A DNA stretch of 64,000 bases from Patescibacteria group bacterium (GCA_040388415.1 JAZKBV010000002.1:136131-200130); one strand, 5' to 3'; positions 38,625-48,895 are shown, numbered from the stretch's first letter. Numbers and translations are program-made. Notes: a model not told the origin generated them from the sequence alone.

Positions 38625-39917
38625 ATGATACTGACTCACATTGACATGGAAACACATTGGCGATCTGTTGTCGCTGAATGTTGTGGCGGAATAAAATTCG
38701 ATGCTCCTGGTGGCGGCTATTCATTTAGCGCTGTCTTGGAGAAAGAACGCATTTTGGATGCGCAAAAAGTGCCCGGTGATCCTGCATCGGCCCTGTGTAC
38801 TCTGTCAATCGCCGATCCGGCAAAAAAGATGCCGCAAGGTGCTATGAATGCCATGCTTGCTTATTATGATTCGGCCACGTTCCCGACTCGCTATACTGAC
38901 AACAACGGCATACCTGGCACCCATGAACGGTTGGCTGTTTTCCTAAATCAGCAACACATCGACGGCGGGGTCGTCTTCGATACTTCTTGGGTTCAGTATT
39001 CGCCGGGTTCAATCAAACGGCTTCTTGCCGAGTTTATTCCCGCGCTGTTGTTTGGGTCTGGGACGAGTTTATTTTTCCCTGACCCCAGCTACGCCGTGAT
39101 CAAAAGCGATATCAATCGGCGCGATGCCACGGTCATCAATATTGCGCTCGAGTTGCAGCACGACGGAAAATGGCTCGTGAATTATGATGCCATGGAGAAA
39201 CAGCTTAATGGCAAGAAAGCAGTCCTCTACCTCAATGTTCCCCATAATCCGACGGGGTTCACCTTCTCGTATGCGGATTGGCGACACCTTATCTCCTGGG
39301 CGGTTCGCAACAAAGTCGTCGTTGTTGTTGATGAGGCGTATACTCATCTACGTTTCGATGGCAGTGTGAGCGTCTTGTCAGTCGAGGGGTGGCAACAATG
39401 CTGCATCGTCTTGCAAAGCATCAGCAAGGGTTGGAATGCCACCGGCGCTCGGTTCGGCTGGGTGGTCGCACACCCCATCATCATCAAGGCGATTCGCAAG
39501 GTTATGGATGTCAAAGATTCTGGTGGTTTTGGTCCGCTTATCGCCGGCGCCCTGTGGTGTCTTGATCATTTCGACTTCGCTCTGAAGACCCGGGATGAAT
39601 ATTTCACTTCACACCAGTCGCTCAATCATGCATTGTCTGATGTTGGTTTCTCACCGCTCATGCCTCAAGCAGGTTTGTGCCAATTAACCAAGGCACCCAA
39701 ATCGGCTAACGGCCTGTTGTTTGCTAACGCCGATGAATGCGCTGATTGGCTGCGCAATGTTCTCCGCATCTCAGTGATGCCGGCCAAGGTCGGTGGTCAA
39801 GCATGGTTGCGTTGGTCTGCAACGATCGCTCCTGTCGCTGAGTGTGGTTTGGTTGACGAGGCGGCTGTCATCACCGAAGTCGTTCGTCGTTTGAAAAACA
39901 CCGAATTCGTATTCTGA
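38625..39917 (+). CDS. dapL: Class I/II PLP aminotransferase, probably LL-diaminopimelate aminotransferase
   Basis: LYLNVPHNPTG, VDEAY, SISKGWNATGARFGW (PLP Lys); N-terminus resembles DapL; near lysA; own TTGACA promoter at 38506. Confidence 0.7.
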   Translation: MILTHIDMETHWRSVVAECCGGIKFDAPGGGYSFSAVLEKERILDAQKVPGDPASALCTLSIADPAKKMPQGAMNAMLAYYDSATFPTRYTDNNGIPGTHERLAVFLNQQHIDGGVVFDTSWVQYSPGSIKRLLAEFIPALLFGSGTSLFFPDPSYAVIKSDINRRDATVINIALELQHDGKWLVNYDAMEKQLNGKKAVLYLNVPHNPTGFTFSYADWRHLISWAVRNKVVVVVDEAYTHLRFDGSVSVLSVEGWQQCCIVLQSISKGWNATGARFGWVVAHPIIIKAIRKVMDVKDSGGFGPLIAGALWCLDHFDFALKTRDEYFTSHQSLNHALSDVGFSPLMPQAGLCQLTKAPKSANGLLFANADECADWLRNVLRISVMPAKVGGQAWLRWSATIAPVAECGLVDEAAVITEVVRRLKNTEFVF

Positions 39918-39932
39918 TCGTTTGTCCATCAC

Positions 39933-39966
39933 ATCGTCACCTGGTTTTACTAGGTGGCGATTTTTT
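39933..39966 (+). terminator. Intrinsic terminator after dapL
   Basis: ATCGTCACCTGG-tttta-CTAGGTGGCGAT then a T-run. Confidence 0.8.
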
Positions 39967-40034
39967 ATTGAGTCAAATTGTTTAAATAAAAAAACCGTTC
40001 CCAGGGGAGGGAACAGTGAGAGTGAAGAAAGGTT

Positions 40035-40565
40035 TCAGAAAAAGAATGTCCCGTCGTTTTCGAGGTCAACTTCTTCCTTGCTTTTCTCCTGGAGTGCGGA
40101 GACCTTGCTCGTGATCTTGAAGTGGAATTCACTTGCAAGCCCCGTGTCGTCAGGTGCTTTGGCGAGACCACTCACTGCAATTACCAAGCCGCCGGAAACG
40201 TAGATTCCGCCTTCGTATTTGAAATCGCCCTTGGCGATGATTTCGGGATTCATGAGCATGTTGTGGTTCGACATGCAGGTTCGCCAAGCGGCGCGTGCCT
40301 TCGCAAAAACGTATTTGTCCCAATTACGATTTTTCGGCCATTGTTCGCGGTCTTGTTGACCAAGGGTGGCGCTCCACAGTTTCACCGGTTCAGGGCTAAT
40401 GCCGAGTGGTTTGGAAGGATCGAGGACAAGGATAACGACAGCGGTCCGTTTTCCTTCGTTGATGTATTTTTGTGTCCAGGCGTCTTTTTCTTGAGCGAGT
40501 ATTTCGTCAAGCAATTCAGTTGTAATGAACTTGGATTCAGGTAGTTGTTGCATAAGGTGCTCCAT
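40035..40565 (-). CDS. GlcG/HbpS-like (heme-binding fold) hypothetical protein
   Basis: AKARAAWRT...EGGI..GGLVIAVSG...DD pattern; GAGG upstream. Confidence 0.5.
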   Translation of the reverse strand: MEHLMQQLPESKFITTELLDEILAQEKDAWTQKYINEGKRTAVVILVLDPSKPLGISPEPVKLWSATLGQQDREQWPKNRNWDKYVFAKARAAWRTCMSNHNMLMNPEIIAKGDFKYEGGIYVSGGLVIAVSGLAKAPDDTGLASEFHFKITSKVSALQEKSKEEVDLENDGTFFF

Positions 40566-40748
40566 ATTTTCCTCACGCGTCGTGCGAAAGGTCTGGCGTA
40601 TTTCTACCTTTTTTACTTTGACGTGTCAAACATATTTCTTGACATTCCCTTAGATAATCAGTAGTCTTGCGACAGACACAGATAGGTGGCCTGTGTGAGA
40701 ATCCTTAAAACAAGCCACCATTAACAATGGAAACAGGAGAAACTAGTT

Positions 40749-42062
40749 ATGCCTATAAGCAAACAATTCCAGGATCGGCTTTACCCGCACCTGAAACAGA
40801 TAACGGACTGGTTCGACACAGCTGCCCACATCTATGATTATCGCGGAATTTGGAATTCCGGTATGGATCTGGTCAATGCGTTCGCGTGCAAGGGCCTGGG
40901 ATACAATAACTTCTACGCCGTGAAGGCGTGTCCGAATCCAGAAATCCTCAAAATCATGCTGGCACTCGGATTTGGTTTCGACTGCAGCTCAATTGACGAG
41001 CTGCAACGGGTGCGCGCCATCGGGGCTACTCCCGAGAAGATCATGTTTACTTCGAACAACACGTCGTTGGCTGAATTCAAGGAAGCGGTCGCTCATGGCG
41101 GATGCATCTTGAACTTCGACGACGTAAGCCTGATCAAAAAGTTCATCAAGCACTTTCCTGGGAAACTGGCGAAATTGGTTGTCTGCGTTCGTTATAATCC
41201 AGGGAAACTTCATTCGTCCGGCGGCCACGTCTTTGGCAAGCCCGAAGAACAAAAATATGGCGTGACTGAGAAGCAATTCCTCAACGCTTATCGTTTGTTG
41301 CGTCGTGGCGGTGCAAAAATCATTGGCTTCCATATGATGATTTGCTCGAACAATCTTCGCTCGAGTTATTTCATCAAGACCATTAAGATCGCCCTTACCA
41401 AGGTCGGTCTCCTCAAGCGCGAGCTTGGCATTGAAGTGCCCTTCATCAACATTGGCGGTGGTTTTGGTATCCCGTATCTGCCAACGAAGAAGTGCAAGAA
41501 ACTGGACGTTAACCGGATCGGTCTTTGGGCAGGGAAGCTCTTCGCTGCTTTTGGAAAAGAATATGGTTTTCAACCAGCACTCTTCACTGAATGCGGTCGT
41601 TACGTCACTGGGCCAAATGGTGTTCTTGTGTGTCGTATCATCAACCGTCTCGAAAAATACAAGACATTTTTCGGCATTGATAGTGGTATGCAGGATGTGC
41701 CCCGACCGTCCTACTACGGTGCGTATCATCACATTCATATTCTGACGCCACAGGGAAATTTGCGAAGGGGTGGTCGGAAGTTCAAAGCACATATTAGCGG
41801 CTCGCTTTGTGAGGCATGGGACCGCTTTACTCCCAAACCCCGCCTGTTGCCTGTGAGCACTCGGGTCGGCGACCTATGTGTGGTCCAAGAAGACGGCGCG
41901 CACACACTGCCTTCGGGGAGTAATTATAATAGTCGTCTCCAGTCGCAGGAGCTCTTCTTTCTCGATGACGATTCGGTCATTCGCATTGGTCGCGCTAAAC
42001 GTCCAAGCGACCTGCACATTACTTACGGGTGCAAGCGAAAAACTCTCCGTATCGGTCATTAA
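40749..42062 (+). CDS. lysA: Diaminopimelate decarboxylase
   Basis: FYAVKACPN (PLP Lys), GFDCSS, INIGGGFGIPY, ECGRY, GSLCE, SNYN; promoter TTGACA-17-TAGTCT and AGGAG RBS. Confidence 0.9.
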   Translation: MPISKQFQDRLYPHLKQITDWFDTAAHIYDYRGIWNSGMDLVNAFACKGLGYNNFYAVKACPNPEILKIMLALGFGFDCSSIDELQRVRAIGATPEKIMFTSNNTSLAEFKEAVAHGGCILNFDDVSLIKKFIKHFPGKLAKLVVCVRYNPGKLHSSGGHVFGKPEEQKYGVTEKQFLNAYRLLRRGGAKIIGFHMMICSNNLRSSYFIKTIKIALTKVGLLKRELGIEVPFINIGGGFGIPYLPTKKCKKLDVNRIGLWAGKLFAAFGKEYGFQPALFTECGRYVTGPNGVLVCRIINRLEKYKTFFGIDSGMQDVPRPSYYGAYHHIHILTPQGNLRRGGRKFKAHISGSLCEAWDRFTPKPRLLPVSTRVGDLCVVQEDGAHTLPSGSNYNSRLQSQELFFLDDDSVIRIGRAKRPSDLHITYGCKRKTLRIGH

Positions 42063-42080
42063 ACTAAAAAGTAACTTCAC

Positions 42081-42113
42081 ACCGGACCTCCTCACAGGGA
42101 AGTCCGGTTTTTT
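42081..42113 (+). terminator. Intrinsic terminator after lysA
   Basis: ACCGGACCTCCT-caca-GGGAAGTCCGGT then a T-run. Confidence 0.8.
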
Positions 42114-42254
42114 ATTATTTATTTTCTACGAAAGTTCGCCACATTTTCTAATATCCATGAAAATAAGCCCTAAATGCTTGACTTCGAAATCTGGCTCTGC
42201 TACTATACCTCTCACGCTCATTTGAGCTTTTTTAATTCTACATTCACTCATTCC

Positions 42255-42602
42255 ATGGCACGATCACTCAAGAAAGGTCCATATGTCGAGGAAAGACTCC
42301 TCAAAAAAATAGCTGGCAAAAAGCCTGCTACTACTGGCGTCATCAAGACATGGTCACGTCGCAGTCAGATCTCTCCTGAGATGCTCGGTTTTACTTTTGG
42401 CGTGCACAATGGTCGTGCTCATATTGAAGTTCTAGTCACCGAGGATATGGTTGGACACCGCCTCGGTGAATTCTCACCTACACGCAAGTTCGTACGCCAC
42501 GGTGGTAAGATGCAAAAGGAGATCGAGCTCAAGGCAAAGGAAGCAGAAGTTTCAGCTGCAAAATCAGCAAAGGAAGCAGCTACTTCAGCATCAAAGAAAT
42601 AA
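42255..42602 (+). CDS. rpsS: 30S ribosomal protein S19
   Basis: [34 protein letters not shown]; new promoter TTGACT-17-TACTAT at 42178. Confidence 0.98.
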   Translation: MARSLKKGPYVEERLLKKIAGKKPATTGVIKTWSRRSQISPEMLGFTFGVHNGRAHIEVLVTEDMVGHRLGEFSPTRKFVRHGGKMQKEIELKAKEAEVSAAKSAKEAATSASKK

Positions 42603-42611
42603 TACATTTAT

Positions 42612-42989
42612 ATGATTACTGCCTCACTCAAAAATACTCGCATCGCTCCTCGTAAAGTTCGTGTCGTCGCAGACATGATCCGCGGTAAGAGTGTTGCAGA
42701 TGCACAGACTATCCTCGGTTTTGCTGCAAAGAAAGCTCGTCACCCTATTTCAGTACTTATTGATTCTGCTGTTGCGAACGCTTCCCATAACTTCAAGATT
42801 GGTCCAGAAGGCCTCATCGTCAAGGAGATTCGTGTTGATCAGGGTTTTGTTATGAAACGCTCGATGCCTGTATCACGCGGTTCTGCTCACCCTATTGCTC
42901 TCCGCACAAGTCATATCCTCGTTGTTCTTGCTCCAGGAGTCGCAAAGAAGTCGAAAAAGACCGTAACGAAGGCTACTGCTAAAAAATAA
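42612..42989 (+). CDS. rplV: 50S ribosomal protein L22
   Basis: RIAPRKVRVVADMIRGK, SAVANA, RTSHI. Confidence 0.97.
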   Translation: MITASLKNTRIAPRKVRVVADMIRGKSVADAQTILGFAAKKARHPISVLIDSAVANASHNFKIGPEGLIVKEIRVDQGFVMKRSMPVSRGSAHPIALRTSHILVVLAPGVAKKSKKTVTKATAKK

Positions 42990-42993
42990 TCAT

Positions 42994-43671
42994 ATGTCAC
43001 ACACCGTACACCCTTATTCTCATAGACTTGGCATCATCCGCGATTGGAAAGGTCGTTGGTTTGGTACAGATCAAGGATACCGCACAGCTCTCAAGACTGA
43101 CGTTATCATCCGTGAATTCCTCCAGAAGGAACTCCGTACATTTTATGTAGGCGGTGTTGAAATCGAGCGCTCACAGAAGGTTCTCCGTGTTGTTATCAAG
43201 ACATCACGTCCAGGTATGCTCATCGGTAAGTCAGGTGACGGTATCGTCAAGCTCCGTGCAAAGATCCTGGTTCTTCTCCGCAAGGCAAAGATTGATCTCA
43301 AAACTCAAGAGCTCAAGCTCGATATCGAAGAAGTTCGTACACCAGAGTCAAACGCCGCTATCACTGGCATGATGATCGCTGAAGCACTCGAAAAGCGTCT
43401 TCCATTCCGCCGTGTGCTCAAGCAGACGATCGAAAAGGTTATGGCAAACAAGGAGGTGAAGGGTATCCGTATCCGCCTCGGTGGTCGCCTCGGTGGCGCT
43501 GAGATCGCTCGTAGTGAAGAGCTCAAGAAAGGACAGGTTCCTCTCCAGACACTCCGTGCGGACATCGACTTCGCGCGTGAGAAGGCTCATATGACCTATG
43601 GTGATATCGGTATCAAGGTTTGGATATACAAGGGCGAAATCTTCGCAAAAGACGTCGCTGCAAAGAAATAA
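42994..43671 (+). CDS. rpsC: 30S ribosomal protein S3
   Basis: RPGMLIG, GRLGGAEIARSE, PLQTLRADID, GIKVWIY. Confidence 0.98.
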   Translation: MSHTVHPYSHRLGIIRDWKGRWFGTDQGYRTALKTDVIIREFLQKELRTFYVGGVEIERSQKVLRVVIKTSRPGMLIGKSGDGIVKLRAKILVLLRKAKIDLKTQELKLDIEEVRTPESNAAITGMMIAEALEKRLPFRRVLKQTIEKVMANKEVKGIRIRLGGRLGGAEIARSEELKKGQVPLQTLRADIDFAREKAHMTYGDIGIKVWIYKGEIFAKDVAAKK

Positions 43672-43689
43672 ATCATTTAATTTACTACT

Positions 43690-44115
43690 ATGTTATTCCC
43701 TAAGAAAGTAAAACACCGCAAGTGGTTCACCAAACGCAAGAACAGCGTTAAGGAAGCTGCAAAAAATGAAACTCGTGGCGTCGAGGTCTCTTTTGGCTCA
43801 TACGGTCTCAAGGCTATGAAGTATGCCCGTATCACTTCAAACCAGATTGAGTCTGCTCGTAAAGTTATGGCTCGCTATGCTACTAAGTCTGGTAAAGTAT
43901 GGGTTCGTGTCTTCCCAGATCGTCCATATACTCAGAAGCCTGCCGAAGTAAAAATGGGAAAAGGAAAGGGTGAACCAGTCGGCTTCGTATGTGAGGTCAA
44001 GCCAGGCCGTGTTATGTTCGAGATCGACGGTGTTGATGCAGAGGTTGCACGCGAAGCTCTCCGTAAGGCTGGTACAAAGCTTCCTATGAAGACAAAGGTT
44101 GTCACACGCATCTAA
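43690..44115 (+). CDS. rplP: 50S ribosomal protein L16
   Basis: QIESAR, VFPDRP, KMGKGKG. Confidence 0.98.
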   Translation: MLFPKKVKHRKWFTKRKNSVKEAAKNETRGVEVSFGSYGLKAMKYARITSNQIESARKVMARYATKSGKVWVRVFPDRPYTQKPAEVKMGKGKGEPVGFVCEVKPGRVMFEIDGVDAEVAREALRKAGTKLPMKTKVVTRI

Positions 44116-44133
44116 TACTTTATATATACTATT

Positions 44134-44334
44134 ATGAAATCTACTCTCAACAAAGACATCGCTCACAAGACACACGCAGACCTCGCCAAGATGGTGTCTG
44201 ACAAGCGTGAAGCTCTCCGCCTTTTCCGTTTTGGCACTGCTGGCGCAAAGGCAAAGAATGTCAAAGAGGGTAAGTCTATCAGAAAGGATATTGCACGCAT
44301 TTTGACTGCAATGAACGCTCAGAAAACAGCATAA
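44134..44334 (+). CDS. rpmC: 50S ribosomal protein L29
   Basis: LRLFRF, IRKDIARILT; operon position. Confidence 0.93.
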   Translation: MKSTLNKDIAHKTHADLAKMVSDKREALRLFRFGTAGAKAKNVKEGKSIRKDIARILTAMNAQKTA

Positions 44335-44375
44335 ACTAGACAAATCACCTAATTTCAAGTAATATCACAACTCTT

Positions 44376-44636
44376 ATGAAAGCAACTACAACAACAGCAG
44401 AAAAGAAGCTCACACCCCAGACATTCACTGGTGTTGTTAGTTCTGACAAAATGAAAGACACGGTCGTTGTTGTCGTTAGTCGCTTCGTCAAACACCCAAA
44501 GTATCAGAAGTTCATCAACAAGAGAACAAAGATCATGGCTTCAGATATCGGTAACACAAAGAAGATTGGTGACAAGGCTACAGTCCAGGCATGCCGTCCA
44601 ATCTCAAAAAACAAGTCATTCAAGGTTATCGCCTAA
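44376..44636 (+). CDS. rpsQ: 30S ribosomal protein S17
   Basis: GVVSSDKMKDT, HPKYQK, CRPISK. Confidence 0.97.
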   Translation: MKATTTTAEKKLTPQTFTGVVSSDKMKDTVVVVVSRFVKHPKYQKFINKRTKIMASDIGNTKKIGDKATVQACRPISKNKSFKVIA

Positions 44637-44653
44637 ATTTTTAATAAACTACT

Positions 44654-45025
44654 ATGATTCAACCACGCTCAATCGTCAATATCGCTGATAACTCTGGTGC
44701 AAAGATCGGACGTATTTTCAAAGTTCTCGGAGCATCTCACAAGCGTTATGCTGAGATTGGTGAAGTTGTTGTACTTTCAGTCCAAAAGGCAGAGCCTCGT
44801 AAGGCAGTCAAGAAGAAGGACGTTCTCCATGCTGTCGTTGTTCGTCAGCGCAAAGCAACTCGCAGAAAGGATGGCTCATACATTCGTTTTGATGAGAACG
44901 CAGTCGTTATCATCGAGAAGGACAAGAAAGAACCTATCGCTGGACGTATCTTCGGCCCAATCCCACGCGAGATCGCAGAGGCAGGTTTCAAGACTATCGC
45001 TTCAAAAGCTTCAGAAATCGTATAA
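44654..45025 (+). CDS. rplN: 50S ribosomal protein L14
   Basis: ADNSGAK, IRFDENAVV, RIFGPIPRE. Confidence 0.98.
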   Translation: MIQPRSIVNIADNSGAKIGRIFKVLGASHKRYAEIGEVVVLSVQKAEPRKAVKKKDVLHAVVVRQRKATRRKDGSYIRFDENAVVIIEKDKKEPIAGRIFGPIPREIAEAGFKTIASKASEIV

Positions 45026-45036
45026 CTTTTACTATC

Positions 45037-45255
45037 ATGCATATCAAAAAAGGCGACACAGTTAAAATTCTCTCAGGAGATGACAAGGGCAAGACCGGCA
45101 AGGTCATGAAGGCTTTTCCTGCTACAGGCAAGGTTCTCATCGAAGGCATGAACATGATGAAGCGTCACGAGAAGTCTCGTAAGCAGGGTACAAAGGGGCA
45201 AATCGTCGACCGTGCTATGCCTATGCATGCTTCAAAGGTTGCGAAGGCTGAATAA
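45037..45255 (+). CDS. rplX: 50S ribosomal protein L24 (short form)
   Basis: IKKGDTV..LSGDDKGKTG KOW motif. Confidence 0.95.
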   Translation: MHIKKGDTVKILSGDDKGKTGKVMKAFPATGKVLIEGMNMMKRHEKSRKQGTKGQIVDRAMPMHASKVAKAE

Positions 45256-45276
45256 TCTGCATTTTAATATATTGCC

Positions 45277-45849
45277 ATGACTACTACTCATAAAAAAACA
45301 GTTCTCGAACTCAACAAAGAATCATTCAAAGCCCTCAAGGATACTTTGAATATCAAAAATGCTATGCAGGCTCCACAGCTCAAGAAAGTGGTCGTCAGTA
45401 GCAGTTTCGGTTCTGTGAAGGACAAGAAAAAGATTGAGATCATCGCTGACCGTCTCGCGCGCATCACTGGCCAAAAGCCAGCTCCACGCGCTGCAAAGAA
45501 GGCTATCGCTACATTCAAGACTCGTGTAGGTGATCCACTTGGTTACCAGATCACTCTCCGTGGTCCACGCATGTTCGATTTCATGGATCGTTTGATCAAC
45601 ATCGCTCTCCCTCGCACAAAGGACTTCCGTGGTCTCTCACGCAACTCTGTTGATGCTATGGGTAACTATACTATCGGTATCAAGGAGCATACTATCTTCG
45701 CTGAAACTTCAGATGAAGACCTCAAAGATGTTTTTGGTCTCGCTATCACTCTCGTCACTACTTCAGATGACAAAGCAAAGACTATCGGTTTCCTCGAATA
45801 TCTCGGTCTCCCGCTCAAGAAAGAGGATGACAAGAAGGGAAAGAAATAA
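45277..45849 (+). CDS. rplE: 50S ribosomal protein L5
   Basis: ITGQKP, ITLRG, ALPRTKDFRG, GNYTIG. Confidence 0.98.
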   Translation: MTTTHKKTVLELNKESFKALKDTLNIKNAMQAPQLKKVVVSSSFGSVKDKKKIEIIADRLARITGQKPAPRAAKKAIATFKTRVGDPLGYQITLRGPRMFDFMDRLINIALPRTKDFRGLSRNSVDAMGNYTIGIKEHTIFAETSDEDLKDVFGLAITLVTTSDDKAKTIGFLEYLGLPLKKEDDKKGKK

Positions 45850-45854
45850 CATTT

Positions 45855-45881
45855 AAAAAGCCACCCATGAGGTGGTTTTTT
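45855..45881 (+). terminator. Terminator splitting the spc operon after rplE
   Basis: AAAAGCCACC-catga-GGTGGTTTTTT. Confidence 0.8.
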
Positions 45882-45903
45882 GTTTTCTGCTATACTACCC
45901 CTC

Positions 45904-47748
45904 ATGACCCAAGCTGAAGCATTAAATATTCTCAAAACAGGAGCAAACGTCTTTCTGACTGGACCAGCAGGCAGTGGTAAAACCTATGTCCTTCGAGAAT
46001 ACCTACAATGCCTTCGTGAGCGAGATATACCGGTAGGTATTACGGCTTCTACTGGTATCGCTGCTACGCATATGGGGGGCGTCACTATCCATTCATGGTC
46101 TGGCGTTGGCGTGCGAGATACGCTCTCAGAGCAGGATCTCGAGGAAATATCGGAGAAGAGCTATGTAAAGACAAAGATCGAAGCTGCGAAAGTTTTGATT
46201 ATCGATGAGATATCGATGTTGCATCATTTTCGTTTGGATTTGATAAATGAAATCGTTAAAAAAATTCGTAGATCTGATTTGCCTTTCGGCGGCTTACAGG
46301 TAGTCGTATGTGGCGATTTTTTCCAATTACCGCCGATCTCTCGTGGGGGAGAGCCTGATGCGTATTTTGCCTATCATTCAAAAGCTTGGAAAGAAGCGAA
46401 TTTTGTAGTTTGTTATCTCGAGGAACAACATCGTCAGATAGACAAAGAGTATGTCGGCATTTTGAATGGCATACGCGCCCAATCGCTTTCAACAGATATG
46501 ATGGATCTATTGCATGGACGCATTATTGCTCGTAACAAAAAAGAGGATGATGGCATCGAGTTTTTGACTGACGAGCATATGGGTACTGAAGAAGACGTAG
46601 TCTTTATTGGAGACGAAGATGAAGTTAAAAAGAAAATCGAAACAGATATTCCCATCGAAATCCCTACGATTTTAACTGAGAATATAAAAGCGACCCGGCT
46701 TTATTCTCATAACAGTGATGTGGATGCTGAAAATGATCGCGAACTTGCTGCTGTTCCTGGAGGTTTCTTGGAATATACAATGATCACACATGGTAATAAA
46801 AAGCTTATTGAAGGATTGAAGAAATCATGTTTGGCCCCAGAGACTCTACGACTCAAAGTTGGTGCGCAGGTCATGTTCGTCAAGAATAATTGGGAAGTTG
46901 GATATGCAAATGGTACACGCGGTATAGTTGCTGAATGCACCTACGATAGTATTGTGGTCAAAACGCTCGATGGTCGTGATATAGATGTTCCACTTGAAAG
47001 TTGGCGTGTCGATGAGGGTGATCGAACGCTCGCTGAGATAGAGCAATATCCTCTGCGTCTTGCCTGGGCTATCACCATCCACAAGAGCCAGGGCATGTCT
47101 CTCGACGCCGCACATATAGACCTGTCACGTTCATTTGAGAAAGGTATGGGATATGTAGCGCTCTCACGCGTACGGTCGCTCCTAGGGCTTACCCTGGCAG
47201 GTTTGAATAACATGGCGCTCCATATCCACCCAGAAGCATATGAGTTTGATAAGCATTTCCGTGAACAATCAAAAAAAGCCGAAGCTCATTTTATGGGATT
47301 ATCAGCTGATGATCTCAAGTTGCGACAAAATAAATTTCTTGGAGCTGACCCAGTGGCAAAAGAGGAAGGCGAGTCGGATGAAGATTTTGCAGAGAGGGCG
47401 AAGGCGGTCAAACGCACCAGAAAAGGCAAAAAGCCAAAGATCCCAACTGCAGAAGTAACTCGCGGGCTTATAGATATGGGCAAATCAGTTCGCGAAGTCG
47501 CCAAAGAGCGCGCTCTTTCATTTGATACTATCCTCAATCACATCGAGCATGAAAAAAGAGAGGATCCGACATGGAACATCTCGCATCTTCGCGATGCGCT
47601 CCCCGTCACGCGTTTCAAAAAGATCTCAATGGCGTTTCATGCGGTGGGCATGCAAGAGGGCGGGGGCAGAGCGCTTTCGCCGGTCAAAAATATCCTCGGC
47701 GGTAGTTTCACCTTTGAAGAGATTAGACTTGTAAGGTTGTTTTTGTAA
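45904..47748 (+). CDS. PIF1-family (SF1B) helicase with C-terminal HTH
   Basis: TGPAGSGKT, TASTGIAA, IIDEISM, GDFFQLPP, QYPLRLAWAITIHKSQGMSL, YVALSR. Confidence 0.92.
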   Translation: MTQAEALNILKTGANVFLTGPAGSGKTYVLREYLQCLRERDIPVGITASTGIAATHMGGVTIHSWSGVGVRDTLSEQDLEEISEKSYVKTKIEAAKVLIIDEISMLHHFRLDLINEIVKKIRRSDLPFGGLQVVVCGDFFQLPPISRGGEPDAYFAYHSKAWKEANFVVCYLEEQHRQIDKEYVGILNGIRAQSLSTDMMDLLHGRIIARNKKEDDGIEFLTDEHMGTEEDVVFIGDEDEVKKKIETDIPIEIPTILTENIKATRLYSHNSDVDAENDRELAAVPGGFLEYTMITHGNKKLIEGLKKSCLAPETLRLKVGAQVMFVKNNWEVGYANGTRGIVAECTYDSIVVKTLDGRDIDVPLESWRVDEGDRTLAEIEQYPLRLAWAITIHKSQGMSLDAAHIDLSRSFEKGMGYVALSRVRSLLGLTLAGLNNMALHIHPEAYEFDKHFREQSKKAEAHFMGLSADDLKLRQNKFLGADPVAKEEGESDEDFAERAKAVKRTRKGKKPKIPTAEVTRGLIDMGKSVREVAKERALSFDTILNHIEHEKREDPTWNISHLRDALPVTRFKKISMAFHAVGMQEGGGRALSPVKNILGGSFTFEEIRLVRLFL

Positions 47749-47761
47749 TAATTACATCATC

Positions 47762-48895
47762 ATGGTGAATCAACAATTACTCGAATACATTACCTACCAA
47801 CTTGATCACGGCATGAGTCCAATGGATTTGGAGCGCAAGCTCAAAGCTGAAGGAGGGTGGAATCATGACGATGTCAAAGGTGCTTTTCTCGCGCTTAACT
47901 TATCACCGACTCCTGATCCTGTTACTACACCACCAGCTCCCGCGCCTGCTTCCAGGCCTGCATTTACACCTACTCAAGCACCCATAGTTAGTCCAACCGC
48001 ACCAATGCCAGTGACGCTGACACCGGCACCAGTTGTACCAGGGGCAATTATTCAAGAAACTGTAATAGCGCCACCTCCTCAACCACAAAGCATTCCAGCG
48101 CCGAAATGGGAACTGCCACCACGTGAAAAACCACCAGCATCTTCATTTTCGCAACCATCTTTTTCTGCTTCACCGCTACCGCCAACATCCGCGTCGCGCG
48201 TATTTGTAGCTCCGGCTCGCCAACAATATCAACAGGTCAGACATTCAGGCATGCGCACTGTGATTATTTTATTTATTATCATCGTTCTTCTCGGTGGTGC
48301 TGGCGGGTATGTGTATCTTTATCAACCAGATATGGTTCAACAGGTAATTGGAAAATTTGCACAAAGTACCAAGAATACTAATTCATCTGTGACTGCACCC
48401 ACCAAGGTCACCTCGCCATTAAAAAATAATATAGTTAATAATTCTCTCTACACATTCACTGTTCCAGTAGGATGGAAAACGGTTTTAGTCGCAAATGATG
48501 GTCGAGGTGTTCAAGCATCAAACTCTATGGCAGGGTATATCGTATCGGTTGCTGTGACGCCGATCCCTCAGAGCAGTGAAAAAATAACTTCTGCGGACCA
48601 GATCATCACCTCTGATAACGTAAGTACTATCATTAAGTCAGAATTTGCGGGCGCAGTCCTGGGTAAGGTCAGTTCAGGTACTCTCGGTGGAGAAAAAGCG
48701 GTTATCGTAGCTTTCACCATCCCTGCAACTACTACCGGAAGTGAGGCGAGCTCATCTGCTAAAGAAGCGATATTACAGTATAGTGCCGTCCATGGAGATG
48801 CACTGTATAGTGTCGTGTTTAAATCAAGTTTGGATAAGGGCTTGAGTCTTTTGAAGGATGCTGAGGGAATCGTGACGAGTTTTGCATTCAAGTAG
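47762..48895 (+). CDS. Single-pass membrane protein with Pro-rich linker and PsbP-like extracellular domain
   Basis: Pro-rich region, TM IILFIIIVLLGGAGG, YTFTVPVGW, terminal IVTSFAF. Confidence 0.6.
   Translation: MVNQQLLEYITYQLDHGMSPMDLERKLKAEGGWNHDDVKGAFLALNLSPTPDPVTTPPAPAPASRPAFTPTQAPIVSPTAPMPVTLTPAPVVPGAIIQETVIAPPPQPQSIPAPKWELPPREKPPASSFSQPSFSASPLPPTSASRVFVAPARQQYQQVRHSGMRTVIILFIIIVLLGGAGGYVYLYQPDMVQQVIGKFAQSTKNTNSSVTAPTKVTSPLKNNIVNNSLYTFTVPVGWKTVLVANDGRGVQASNSMAGYIVSVAVTPIPQSSEKITSADQIITSDNVSTIIKSEFAGAVLGKVSSGTLGGEKAVIVAFTIPATTTGSEASSSAKEAILQYSAVHGDALYSVVFKSSLDKGLSLLKDAEGIVTSFAFK

Noticed and set aside
38500-40748. Lysine riboswitch upstream of dapL, lysA or dapB
   Set aside because: The leaders are short (under about 100 nt from promoter to start) and lack the L-box consensus
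40989-41792. 267-aa antisense ORF and the many other 60-180 aa ORFs overlapping real genes
   Set aside because: They lie antisense or out of frame within well-supported genes and have no motifs; these are shadow ORFs expected from codon bias
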